The position numbers were made by a program, and so were the translations under genes. Below the pieces are notes generated by a model. That model was not told the origin of the DNA. It ran no database searches and was given only the letters and a program-made list of their open reading frames with translations. Positions 35,666-44,615 of a DNA stretch of 64,000 nt are shown here, in pieces. Position 1 is the stretch's first letter. Every line of letters starts with the position of its first letter. The DNA is taken from positions 32,001-96,000 of the IMG/VR virus record IMGVR_UViG_3300032288_005212; one strand, 5' to 3'. The DNA is from an uncultured virus (IMG/VR IMGVR_UViG_3300032288_005212) (lineage: Duplodnaviria; Heunggongvirae; Uroviricota; Caudoviricetes).

Positions 35666-36118
35666 ATGGGCGATAGATTTTACCGTCAACAGATTAAAGC
35701 TACCGGGAGCTGTCCCGGATTCAACAAACCTAAAAAAGGAAATCGCAAAATGGCATGGGATGATGATAAGCGCGCTGCAGCAGTAGAAGCCTACGAGAAG
35801 GCAAACCCTACTCCTGAGAACTCGATGGAGATCGTTAAGCAGATCGCTGACGATATGGGAGAGTCAGCTAATGGTGTTCGTATGGTTCTGACGAAGGCTG
35901 GCGTTTATATTAAGAAAAGCGAAGGGTCTGCTTCTAGCAGTTCTTCTTCGAAGGCTGCTGCTTCTGGTGGTACTCGCGTATCTAAGGCAGCAGCCCAGGA
36001 TGCAATCACCGCAGCTCTTCGTGATGCTGGTCAGGAGATTGACGAAGACGTTGTTGGAAAACTTACTGGCAAAGCTGCCATGTATTTTGCTAACATTATC
36101 AATAAGCTGAATAAGTAA
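35666..36118 (+). CDS. T5 D3-like DNA-binding protein (alternative start 35750)
   Basis: W.D..A..Y..P.PENSMEIV..IA...S.NGVRM.L.KAGVY.KK; promoter TTGACT-17-TATAAT 35610-35638. Confidence 0.8.
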   Translation: MGDRFYRQQIKATGSCPGFNKPKKGNRKMAWDDDKRAAAVEAYEKANPTPENSMEIVKQIADDMGESANGVRMVLTKAGVYIKKSEGSASSSSSSKAAASGGTRVSKAAAQDAITAALRDAGQEIDEDVVGKLTGKAAMYFANIINKLNK

Positions 36119-36131
36119 TGTAGTGTCTTTG

Positions 36132-36165
36132 AAAACCCCGATAGTTTTCCGCTATCGGGGTTTTT
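36132..36165 (+). terminator. intrinsic terminator
   Basis: AAAACCCCGATAG-7-CTATCGGGGTTTTT. Confidence 0.8.
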
Positions 36166-36227
36166 CCGCATCTCGACATATTAGCAACGAGGAAAGAGGT
36201 TTCTTACAATGCAATATGGAGTAATAT

Positions 36228-36491
36228 GTGGACAAAGAAGAACTCAGAAAATTAATAGAGGATGCGGGCGATGCGATTATAACGTATAAAAGCCCGAACT
36301 CTAAAAAGGTAAAGTATAATGTTTGTACAGTAGACTTTACCACGCCCTATATACGAGATAAAAGTAATAGGGCAAAAGAAGATGATGATACGCTTCTCAT
36401 GTTTTGTTGGGATACGGATTCGTTTCGCCTAATGAAACCTGATAACGTCAAGTCTGTCGTTCCTTTAGCGGCAGTGCTAAAGAATGAATGA
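36228..36491 (+). CDS. T5-type conserved WYL/SH3-like protein
   Basis: Y.VCT.DF...YI..FCWD.DSFR..V..VVPL. Confidence 0.65.
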   Translation: MDKEELRKLIEDAGDAIITYKSPNSKKVKYNVCTVDFTTPYIRDKSNRAKEDDDTLLMFCWDTDSFRLMKPDNVKSVVPLAAVLKNE

Positions 36492-36765
36492 CATATATAG
36501 TAGAATAATAACTAATGATGGTTTTAAACAAGTTCGGTTATACATAAATGAATTTCGAGAGCAAGAATATCTTCACATTCGTGAGTATTATCTCGATTTT
36601 GACGAAGAATGGAAACCTACACCGAAAGGAATATCTATTCCACTTGAGATAGAAACATCAAAAGAATTATTCATTGCAATATCAGAAATTCTTTCGCTAG
36701 CCGAAAGTAAGAAAGTTGTCGAAGAGGTATTTGGCGACTTAATAAAGAGCATATATACTTCATGA
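36484..36765 (+). CDS. PC4-like ssDNA-binding protein
   Basis: RL.INEFR..YLHIREYY...EEWKPT.KGI. Confidence 0.8.
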   Translation: MNDIYSRIITNDGFKQVRLYINEFREQEYLHIREYYLDFDEEWKPTPKGISIPLEIETSKELFIAISEILSLAESKKVVEEVFGDLIKSIYTS

Positions 36766-36915
36766 CAGCATTATATGTTTTAGGTGGCCTCATAGTTTTG
36801 TTAATTGCATTTCGACTTATGCTAGGAATGGTCAATTATTTTGTTAACGAACTAGAAAAATAAACTTGACAAATTTGTTATTATCCTTCAAAATATCTTT
36901 TTTCGAGAAATTTAA

Positions 36916-37833
36916 ATGAAAGATTTTCTAGATCGGGCAGCCAAAGCGTATTATGATGGTAATCCAATCATCAGCGACGAAGAGTTTGACGCTCTTTCGG
37001 CAGCATATCAGTATGAAGATGTGGGAACTTCTGATGGAGAAGTACCACATCTTTTTCCTATGTATAGCCTTCAAAAAGTATTTGAAGGAGAAGATGCTCC
37101 AACTATTTTCAGCGAACACGATATCGTAGTAACGCCCAAGCTAGATGGAGCAGCAGTTGCGCTCGTCTATGAAAATGGACTTTTTATTCGTGGGCTTACT
37201 CGTGGCAATGGTAAAAAAGGTCGAGTAGTTACTCATCTTCTCCGCCATCTCGTCCCCGCGAGAATCTCGAGAAGTGGGATTGTTCAGATAACTGGAGAAG
37301 TAGTCGCTCCGAAAGAAATTCCAAATGCTAGAAACTATGCTTCTGGCGCGCTCAATCTCAAAAGCGAGGAAGAGTTTCGTACTCGTGATCTTACATTTAT
37401 TGCGTATGATATTCTTCCAAAGACTGATACTCATTGGTCGGAAGAAATGTATGAACTTCAAGAATTTCATACTGTAATGCAATCCGACTGGACTCAGTTT
37501 CCAGACGATGGAAAAGTGTTTCGTATTGATTCAAATGCTGAATTTGAGAGAGCTGGCTATACAGCTCACCATCCTCGTGGTGCTTTTGCGCTCAAGCGTA
37601 AGGCACCTGGAGTAGTTACTAAACTATTGAACGTAATTTGGAATGTTGGAAAGTCTGGAGTAATCTCCCCAGTAGCTATTCTCGAGCCAGTCAAGATTGG
37701 AGAAGCTACGGTATCAAAAGCTACTCTTCACAATATTCGATTTATCGAAGATATGAATCTTGAGATTGGTTGTATGGTAGAAGTAATTCGTTCAGGGGAA
37801 ATCATTCCCAAGATTGTGAGGAGAGTTTCGTGA
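36916..37833 (+). CDS. ligA: NAD-dependent DNA ligase, subunit A (adenylation + OB domains)
   Basis: ISDEEFD, KLDG, TRG.G..G, GEV, RN..SG, ATLHN, RSGEIIP. Confidence 0.93.
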   Translation: MKDFLDRAAKAYYDGNPIISDEEFDALSAAYQYEDVGTSDGEVPHLFPMYSLQKVFEGEDAPTIFSEHDIVVTPKLDGAAVALVYENGLFIRGLTRGNGKKGRVVTHLLRHLVPARISRSGIVQITGEVVAPKEIPNARNYASGALNLKSEEEFRTRDLTFIAYDILPKTDTHWSEEMYELQEFHTVMQSDWTQFPDDGKVFRIDSNAEFERAGYTAHHPRGAFALKRKAPGVVTKLLNVIWNVGKSGVISPVAILEPVKIGEATVSKATLHNIRFIEDMNLEIGCMVEVIRSGEIIPKIVRRVS

Positions 37834-38114
37834 TTGATGACAGCAATATGTTTGGCTATCAAGGAATTCTTGATAGAAAAACACACTATGTTCCAGCAAT
37901 TGGAATATTTGACCACTTTTGGGCTCTTCGTCAACCTACACGAGACAAAATCATCGAAGGATGGATAGCCACTCTTCAAGTTATTCTTGAAAATAAAGAG
38001 TTCGAGCCCGAAGAAATTTCTGGTAGTGTTCTCATGTTTACGAATGAGAGCGTTGTAGAAGAAAAAGAATCAGATAATGTAGTTCAATTTCCAAAGATTA
38101 CAAAATCTCTGTGA
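37830..38114 (+). CDS. hypothetical protein
   Basis: GTGA-coupled; GAGGAG RBS; NVVQFP C-terminus. Confidence 0.6.
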   Translation: MIDDSNMFGYQGILDRKTHYVPAIGIFDHFWALRQPTRDKIIEGWIATLQVILENKEFEPEEISGSVLMFTNESVVEEKESDNVVQFPKITKSL

Positions 38115-38473
38115 GTGGAATTTATAATGAAACTTTTTTTCGAAATCATCCCGATGAAGCAAACGGGCCAGGCGTGCTTTACTGTGTAATTTTAGTCAAT
38201 AAGAAAACTCTCGAGCGAGAGTGTATTAAGATTGGAATTGCTTATGGAAAAAACTGGAAAGACGTTCTTCGTCGCAGTCGCGGATTTACTGGTTACGAAA
38301 TACGAATTCAAAAAGTAGTTCATAGCACTCTTTATAATTGCTGGAAACTAGAACAAGAACTTCATGCGAAGTTTTCTCATTTGCACTTTAGCCCAAATTC
38401 AAAGTTTGGTGGGTATACAGAATGTTTTCAAATAGACAACGATATAATCCGTGCAGTGCCAAAGAAAATATGA
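38111..38473 (+). CDS. GIY-YIG/T5orf172-like endonuclease
   Basis: G.LY...IKIGI..RR..LEQELH..F..GYTECF. Confidence 0.65.
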   Translation: MSGIYNETFFRNHPDEANGPGVLYCVILVNKKTLERECIKIGIAYGKNWKDVLRRSRGFTGYEIRIQKVVHSTLYNCWKLEQELHAKFSHLHFSPNSKFGGYTECFQIDNDIIRAVPKKI

Positions 38474-38552
38474 GTCAACTTGAAAAAAATAGTTCTTGAC
38501 TTTTAAGGTGAAATCATCTATAATATTCCTTCAATAGATCGAGAAAGCTGTT

Positions 38553-39296
38553 GTGAAAATAAGTGTGCCAACTAACTGTCCAAGCTGCGAGTCTCCCCTC
38601 GTCTGGAAAAATGACCTTCTTTATTGTGTCAACGAAGATTGCGGCAGCAGGGCTTTTAAGCGCATTCAACACTTTGCACAGACTTTGAAAATCAAAGGCC
38701 TGGGGCCTTCATCAATCCAGAAACTTGACATACAAGATATTCATGATATTTATCATATGTCAGAAGAACAGATTGCAGAAGGACTTCAGTCTGAGAAACT
38801 GGGCGGAAAACTTGTAGAGGAAATTGAGAAATCAAAATCAGTTTCTCTCGAACAACTTCTTCCTGCATTTTCTATTCCTCTTATCGGTAAAACTGCGGCA
38901 GAGAAACTCTGCAAGGTTATTAACCATATTTCAGAAGTTACTGTAGAGGTTTGTGAAAAGGCTGGGCTTGGCCCGAAAGCAACAGAAAACCTGTTGAATT
39001 GGTATGAGAGCGAGTTTGTTGGTATTCTTGACTCTCTTCCGTTTTCTTTCGCTACTACTGGTAGTATAAAACCAACTAAAGGTATTGTTTGTATTACAGG
39101 CAAACTGAAATCATTCAAAACCAAAGCGGAAGCCGAAAAGATTTTGCTAGATTTGGGATACGGTATCAAATCCTCCCTTACAAAAGAAGTCACAATTCTA
39201 GTTAATGAAAGCGGCATTGAATCTGCAAAAACCCAAAAAGCTAGAGACGCTGGTGTCTCTATTGTTACTAACCTTCTTGAAATGATAGGAAATTGA
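38553..39296 (+). CDS. ligB: NAD-dependent DNA ligase, subunit B (Zn finger, HhH, BRCT)
   Basis: CPSC..C...C, IKGLG, IPLIG, CITGKL..K..A BRCT; own promoter TTGACT-17-TATAAT 38496-38524. Confidence 0.9.
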   Translation: MKISVPTNCPSCESPLVWKNDLLYCVNEDCGSRAFKRIQHFAQTLKIKGLGPSSIQKLDIQDIHDIYHMSEEQIAEGLQSEKLGGKLVEEIEKSKSVSLEQLLPAFSIPLIGKTAAEKLCKVINHISEVTVEVCEKAGLGPKATENLLNWYESEFVGILDSLPFSFATTGSIKPTKGIVCITGKLKSFKTKAEAEKILLDLGYGIKSSLTKEVTILVNESGIESAKTQKARDAGVSIVTNLLEMIGN

Positions 39297-40030
39297 AAAT
39301 GACGAAACAGAAATGGACTGATGAGCGCACGGACGCTCTTGCAAAATTCGTTGGTGATGAGGCTCCGGTCTCGCACGCAACTGTAGTAGCTGCTGCTGAC
39401 GAGATGGATGCTTCCCCTCGTTCGGTAGCTTCTAAGCTCCGCAAAATGGGTTATGAAGTTGAGTCGTCTGCTACTGCAACGACAAAGGCTTTTTCGGACA
39501 GCGAAGAAGCTACGCTTCGTACGTTTGTTGCCGATAACTCTGGCGAATACACCTATGGTGAAATCGCTGCTGCATTCGCTGGTGGTAAGTTCTCCGCCAA
39601 GCAAGTACAGGGTAAACTCCTGTCGATGCAACTGACGGAGCACGTTAAGCCGACTCCGAAAGCCGAAGTAGCGCGTTCGTTCTCGAGCGCAGAAGAGCAG
39701 AAGTTTATTGCTCTGGCTGCTAAGGGCGCTTTCCTCGAAGATATTGCTGACGCTCTTGATCGCAATGTCAACCAAATTCGTGGTAAGGCACTTTCACTTC
39801 TGCGTTCGGGTGCTATTGATGCGATCCCGGCTCAGAAAGAGAGCCACGCTTCCGCCAAGGCCGATCCTCTGGAAGGCGTTGACGTAGCGAAGATGACTGT
39901 TGAAGAGATTGCTGAGCAAATCGGCAAGACGGCTCGTGGTGTTAAGACCATGCTTACCCGTCGCGGCCTCCAGGCTGCTAACTATGACGGCGCTGCTAAG
40001 GCTGCAAAAGCTGCCGAAGCTAACGGCTAA
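39293..40030 (+). CDS. T5 D5-like multi-HTH DNA-binding protein
   Basis: KW.DE...RSVASKLRKMG; repeated HTH; RGVKTMLTRRGL..YDG. Confidence 0.85.
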   Translation: MKMTKQKWTDERTDALAKFVGDEAPVSHATVVAAADEMDASPRSVASKLRKMGYEVESSATATTKAFSDSEEATLRTFVADNSGEYTYGEIAAAFAGGKFSAKQVQGKLLSMQLTEHVKPTPKAEVARSFSSAEEQKFIALAAKGAFLEDIADALDRNVNQIRGKALSLLRSGAIDAIPAQKESHASAKADPLEGVDVAKMTVEEIAEQIGKTARGVKTMLTRRGLQAANYDGAAKAAKAAEANG

Positions 40031-40056
40031 TTCTTAAAATTTAAGAATACGGCTAG

Positions 40057-40089
40057 ACTGGGAAGGAGTTCGCTCCTTCTCAGTTTTTT
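40057..40089 (+). terminator. intrinsic terminator
   Basis: CTGGGAAGGAG-TTCG-CTCCTTCTCAG-TTTTTT. Confidence 0.8.
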
Positions 40090-40121
40090 CTTTGCATATT
40101 TATTATTACGGGGGATGATAG

Positions 40122-41459
40122 GTGAATCTGGCTAGTATTCTTCTCAAGTCTGTAATCGCGAACAGCGATATAGACACTTGGGCGGAATGCCAGTATCATT
40201 ACTTTCCATCCGAATATTCCGAGATTTGGAAGGTAATAGATAAATATGTGCAGACACATGGCGTTCTTCCCTCTTTTGACTCAATCAATCTATCTCTTCG
40301 TGATGGTCTTCTTCGTGAGCGTTTCTTTTCGCTAGAAAAAGCCGAAGATGTAGATATTGATGGAAAAACACTTCTTGAGTATCTCAAGAACGAATACACA
40401 CAAATAGAAATTATGTCGCAACTAGAAAAGTATCTGGAAGATACTATTGCAATCGAATCTGCGGCTGAGAATATTGAAGCTCTTCAGAACATTGTTTTGA
40501 GCGTTGAAGATAAGGTTGATCTGAAGGGTGCTAGTGAAAATATGAGAAAGATGGAACTCTTTGAACCAGAAGAGGATCTTAATCGTCATATTCCACTTGG
40601 TTTGAATTCTGATTATGATAGACTGCAGTCTTTTGCTCCTTCTGAGCTTATTTTGATTGGTGGTCGTCGTGGTGCTGGTAAATCTACTACTTGTGCAAAC
40701 ATTGCTGCAAATGCTTTTGCAAACGGTAATTCTGTTATGTACTTTACGATCGAGATGACAGCACGAAGCATTATGCAGCGTTGCTGTTCTGTTGCTACGG
40801 GTATTCCGCACACTGCTATTCGAAATAGAAATCTTTCTCTTGGTGAATGGCAGCTTGTAGCAGAGTGGTGGGCTACCAGATTTGAAGATGGTGAGAGGTC
40901 GTACAATAGTTATCTTTCTCATCGAGATTTCAGCAAGTTTCATAAAGAACTAACTCTAAAGCCACTTCGACAAAAACAGTTGGATATTGTATATAATCCT
41001 TCACTTACTCTAGCGAATATTCGAACGGAGCTAGATAAAAAGATGAGTAAGCTAGAGCCTCGAGTTGTTATTGTAGACTATATCAACCAAGTAAAGCGCG
41101 GAGTAATTACTCGAAATAGAATGGGTCAGTATGACTGGACTGAGCAAATTGAGATTAGTAAGGCTTTAAAAAGTTATGCTCAAGATTATAACGTAATTAT
41201 GATTTCTCCATATCAAATTGATGCAACTGGAGAAGCTCGTTTTGCGAAGGGTATTCTTGATGCAGCAGACGCTGCATTTACTCTAGACACACATGATAAG
41301 GCAGATAACATCATTACATTTAATTGTGTGAAGATGAGAAATAGTGAAGAAGTATCTTTTACATCTACAATGGACTGGGTATCGTTGAAAATTGGCCCTT
41401 GTACTGGGGAGATCCCAAAAAAGGGTGAAGTCACAGAAGATGTTTATGAGGCTGTGTAA
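40122..41459 (+). CDS. DnaB-like replicative helicase
   Basis: GGRRGAGKS Walker A, FTIEM, VDYINQ, ARFAKGILD. Confidence 0.92.
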   Translation: MNLASILLKSVIANSDIDTWAECQYHYFPSEYSEIWKVIDKYVQTHGVLPSFDSINLSLRDGLLRERFFSLEKAEDVDIDGKTLLEYLKNEYTQIEIMSQLEKYLEDTIAIESAAENIEALQNIVLSVEDKVDLKGASENMRKMELFEPEEDLNRHIPLGLNSDYDRLQSFAPSELILIGGRRGAGKSTTCANIAANAFANGNSVMYFTIEMTARSIMQRCCSVATGIPHTAIRNRNLSLGEWQLVAEWWATRFEDGERSYNSYLSHRDFSKFHKELTLKPLRQKQLDIVYNPSLTLANIRTELDKKMSKLEPRVVIVDYINQVKRGVITRNRMGQYDWTEQIEISKALKSYAQDYNVIMISPYQIDATGEARFAKGILDAADAAFTLDTHDKADNIITFNCVKMRNSEEVSFTSTMDWVSLKIGPCTGEIPKKGEVTEDVYEAV

Positions 41460-42286
41460 TGAGCAGTGTAGAGCAAGTTCTTGATGAAAAAGGTATTCCA
41501 TACAGGCAGTCTGGAAAAGATTTGCTTATACGATGCCTAAATCCAGACCATGATGATAGTAACCCATCAATGCGAGTTGACCGAGTTCTTGGAATTTTTA
41601 ATTGTTTTGCTTGTGGCCATAAAGGTAATCTTTTTAAGCACTATAAAGTAGAGGTTAGTGAGACTGGAATAAGACGAGAGAAGATACGAAGAATAATGGA
41701 TAATCTTCGTAGTTCTGGAGTAGGTCTATCAATGCCGGAAGGCTACCAACCATTTGAAAGAGATTGGAGAGGTATAAAAGCAGATACTTATAAAAAGTTT
41801 TCAGCATTTTATCATATAGCTCCAAACTATTCTGGTCGTGTTAACTTTCCTATTCGTAGTCCAAGCGGTAGAATAGTTGCTTTTCAAGGCCGTGATGAGA
41901 GTAGCACACTTCAAAATAAATATATGTTTACTCCTCACGGAGCAAAGCTACCGCTCTACCCACTAGCAAAACCAATACAGGGAAGAGTTATTTTAGTAGA
42001 GGGTATATTCGATATGCTTAACCTACATGATAAGGGGCTTGATAATGCCGTTTGTTGTTTTGGAGTGAATAACTTCAATGAAGATAAACTTACTATATTA
42101 AAAATTTCTGGCGTCTCTGGAATTGATATTATATTCGATGCCGATGACGCAGGAAAAGCCGGGGCGGAAAAGATAAAGAAAATAGCTGGAGAGTTTCCTT
42201 CAAGAGTAGTAAATTTAAAAGCTGGGGATCCTGGCTCTTTATCTGAAAAACAAGTAGCTGGATTAAGAAAAAGGCTATATGGTTGA
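41459..42286 (+). CDS. DNA primase
   Basis: CLNPDH.D..PS..CFACG Zn finger; VEG.FD, FDAD.AG TOPRIM. Confidence 0.93.
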   Translation: MSSVEQVLDEKGIPYRQSGKDLLIRCLNPDHDDSNPSMRVDRVLGIFNCFACGHKGNLFKHYKVEVSETGIRREKIRRIMDNLRSSGVGLSMPEGYQPFERDWRGIKADTYKKFSAFYHIAPNYSGRVNFPIRSPSGRIVAFQGRDESSTLQNKYMFTPHGAKLPLYPLAKPIQGRVILVEGIFDMLNLHDKGLDNAVCCFGVNNFNEDKLTILKISGVSGIDIIFDADDAGKAGAEKIKKIAGEFPSRVVNLKAGDPGSLSEKQVAGLRKRLYG

Positions 42287-42291
42287 TTTTT

Positions 42292-42376
42292 GCCCGTATG
42301 GCGGAATAGGTAGACGCAACGGACTTAAAATCCGTTTTCTTTGGAAGTGCCGGTTCGAGTCCGGCTACGGGTACCA
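42292..42376 (+). tRNA. tRNA-Leu(TAA)
   Basis: CT-TAA-AA loop, long variable arm, CCA. Confidence 0.95.
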
Positions 42377-42543
42377 ATTATGAATGAATGTGGAAAACAA
42401 GTAGTTGAGCGAGTTATTTATAACGAGCAAAAAGCATATAAAGTTACAGAAACAATTGGATCTTATGTAGGAAATGTACAAGTAATTGTAACTCACTATA
42501 CTCGCAGTCACCCAATATTTGATTATACGCTTGAAAATGTGAT

Positions 42544-42798
42544 ATGAAAACAATAAAGGATTTAGTACCAGAAATTGAAGATTCTCTATTAGAGAGATTT
42601 TATCCACATATTGCCAAAAATATTATAGATTTTTGGGGTACTACTTATTTTAATGACTATATGGATCGTTTATCCGTAGACGATAGAGGTTCGAGAGAAG
42701 GATTTCCATTTAGTGTGCTAATGGAATTACAAAAAATACTAGAGGCACATACAAATAAGTTCCCTCATTATAAAAGAGTACATACAGTATGGGTATAA
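42544..42798 (+). CDS. hypothetical protein resembling a proteobacterial cellular family
   Basis: YPHI...FWG...Y...L.VDDRG.REGFP..V..EL. Confidence 0.7.
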   Translation: MKTIKDLVPEIEDSLLERFYPHIAKNIIDFWGTTYFNDYMDRLSVDDRGSREGFPFSVLMELQKILEAHTNKFPHYKRVHTVWV

Positions 42799-42955
42799 GA
42801 GAATCTACTATAGAACAAAGAGAGGAATCTTTTATAGTAAGACTATATGATAAAGTCTTAGTAAAAGTTATAGAAGTATATTCTATTCATGAAGCTCAAT
42901 TTATTAGTAGATGCTGGGACTCTGGTATGTTTACAAAAGACGAGTTTCGAGATTC

Positions 42956-43031
42956 GGGCCTTTAGCTTAATGGTCAAAGCAGCGACCTCATAAGTCGTTG
43001 AGTGTAGGTTCAACTCCTACAAGGCCCACCA
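42956..43031 (+). tRNA. tRNA with CAT anticodon, probably Ile2 (lysidine) rather than Met
   Basis: CT-CAT-AA loop; paired G1-C72 so not initiator; C4-G69/C5-G68 TilS determinants. Confidence 0.85.
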
Positions 43032-43036
43032 AGCAA

Positions 43037-43112
43037 GTTCCGATAGCTCAGGGGATAGAGCAGTAACCTTCTAAGTTACTGGTCGGGGGTTCAAATCCCT
43101 CTCGGAACGCCA
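43037..43112 (+). tRNA. tRNA-Arg(TCT)
   Basis: CT-TCT-AA loop, CCA. Confidence 0.95.
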
Positions 43113-43200
43113 GGAAAGATGGCAGAGTGGTTGAATGCAACGGTCTTGAAAACCGTCGAAGAGAAATCTTCCGTGAGTTCGAATCTCACTCTTTCCACCA
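43113..43200 (+). tRNA. tRNA-Ser(TGA)
   Basis: CT-TGA-AA loop, long variable arm, CCA; abuts tRNA-Arg. Confidence 0.95.
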
Positions 43201-43209
43201 AAATTTTTA

Positions 43210-43238
43210 TTGACATATTCACTTTAATGCAGTATAAT
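43210..43238 (+). promoter_or_regulatory. sigma70 promoter
   Basis: TTGACA-17-TATAAT. Confidence 0.9.
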
Positions 43239-43245
43239 ACACTTT

Positions 43246-43413
43246 ATGAAAACAACACTAGAAGTATTTGAAATGGACGACGATCTCTACCTTCAACTGC
43301 CAGATGAGTTTGTAAAAGAACTTGGATGGAACGAGGGTGATACCCTCGTCTGGACTGAAAACGATGATGGGTCTTTTACCCTCAGAAAAGAAGAGATTTA
43401 TGCAGAAAATTGA
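43246..43413 (+). CDS. AbrB/MazE-type DNA-binding protein (55 aa)
   Basis: MKTTLEVFEMDDDLYLQLPDEFVKELGWNEGDTLVW...; translated by hand. Confidence 0.75.
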   Translation: MKTTLEVFEMDDDLYLQLPDEFVKELGWNEGDTLVWTENDDGSFTLRKEEIYAEN

Positions 43414-43504
43414 TAAATACGTTAGTTGCGCTAGTAATTTTATAGAATTCAGTATAATAGTATCAATGATTGGCGTTTGTGTCGCATCAATACTATTTAT
43501 GTAA

Positions 43505-43847
43505 TTCGTTGATGTAGTGTGAGAGATTTTTGGACGGCGGTTCAATTCCGCCCACCTCCACCTAAGCACATTCGGCTCCAAATGCTTAGCCGGCGTTTTA
43601 GCGGGTTTCATGCTTGAGTTAGGCGCTCAACTGTTAACGGATGTGTTTAGTTGGGGGTGTTTAGGATTTGACAGGAATCAGCAGCACTGCGGAGAATCGG
43701 CAATGTGAAAGTCGTTAGGATTGGGATTACCCGGTCGAAGAAGCAAAAAAAAGTAAACGCAAACGATGACGTTTATTTTGAGGATATTCGCCTAGCGGCG
43801 TAACATTCTCGGGGTTTTAGGTTATCCTGGCAACAGAAAACCTTTTT
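43505..43847 (+). ncRNA. ssrA: circularly permuted (two-piece) tmRNA, tag ANDDVYFEDIRLAA
   Basis: T-arm and acceptor 3' half (GGCGGTTCAATTCCGCC-CACCTCCA, ends 43560) precede the 5' half GGGGGTG (43653) giving G3.U70; tag ORF 43759-43803; outer ends approximate. Confidence 0.9.
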
Positions 43848-43884
43848 ATTACAGCATCTACTGGTGCAGGCTTTAGGAGTATAT

Positions 43885-44232
43885 ATGAAACTCAAGGCTT
43901 TTATTTTAAGCAGTTTAATTGCTTTTAATGCTACTGCAGCAGATGCAGTTCTTAGTTGGACATATCCAACTACTTATGAAGATGGTACAGCTCTCCCAGT
44001 ATCGGAAATAAGTACCGTTACTATTTATTACGGTTCTACCACAGGATCTTCTGCTTACAAAGTAACTGTAGCTCCTCCTGCAACTACATACACTATAACT
44101 AACCTTGCAAAAGGTACTTGGTACTTTACTGCTACAGTAACTGCTACAAACGGTTTAGAGTCTGTAAGAAGTGTAGAAGTAAACAAATCATTACTTGGCA
44201 GCTCAAAGCCAAAAGCCCCAACATTGCGTTAG
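43885..44232 (+). CDS. exported fibronectin type III domain protein
   Basis: signal peptide ending A-T-A; LSW..P..Y.....NL..GTWYF...ES..S FN3 pattern. Confidence 0.75.
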   Translation: MKLKAFILSSLIAFNATAADAVLSWTYPTTYEDGTALPVSEISTVTIYYGSTTGSSAYKVTVAPPATTYTITNLAKGTWYFTATVTATNGLESVRSVEVNKSLLGSSKPKAPTLR

Positions 44233-44243
44233 AGTACTAAAAA

Positions 44244-44615
44244 ATGACACTTGTACACAAACACCTAATTATTCGAGCAGAGGTTGACCGTGCCCCAAAT
44301 AATCGTATTTGGGCCGAGGAGTGGCTGAAGCAACTTGTAGAAAAAATTGGCATGAAAGTTTGCGCGGGCCCAATCTCAGAATATGTAGATATGCCTGGAA
44401 ATCGTGGACTAACTGCTGTTGTTATTATTGAAACATCCCACATCGCCCTTCATTGCTGGGATGAGCCTACACCAAATCTTCTTCAGTTTGACGTTTATTC
44501 CTGTGGAGAGTTTGATGTAGCCGAGATTCTAAGAGAGCTAGAACAGTTCGGTCTACTAAAAGTAGAATATAAGTTTCTCGATAGAGAACATGGGTTAACA
44601 GAAATTGCAATTTAA
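44244..44615 (+). CDS. speD: S-adenosylmethionine decarboxylase proenzyme-like
   Basis: HL, G.T...IETSHIALH.W.E, DVYSC. Confidence 0.85.
   Translation: MTLVHKHLIIRAEVDRAPNNRIWAEEWLKQLVEKIGMKVCAGPISEYVDMPGNRGLTAVVIIETSHIALHCWDEPTPNLLQFDVYSCGEFDVAEILRELEQFGLLKVEYKFLDREHGLTEIAI

Noticed and set aside
38786-39775. 329-aa antisense ORF
   Set aside because: Shadow of the strongly codon-biased ligB/D5 genes.
42292-43200. Suppressor tRNAs or stop-codon recoding (anticodons TAA, TGA, TAG)
   Set aside because: These anticodons read TTA, TCA and CTA; genes are intact under the standard code.
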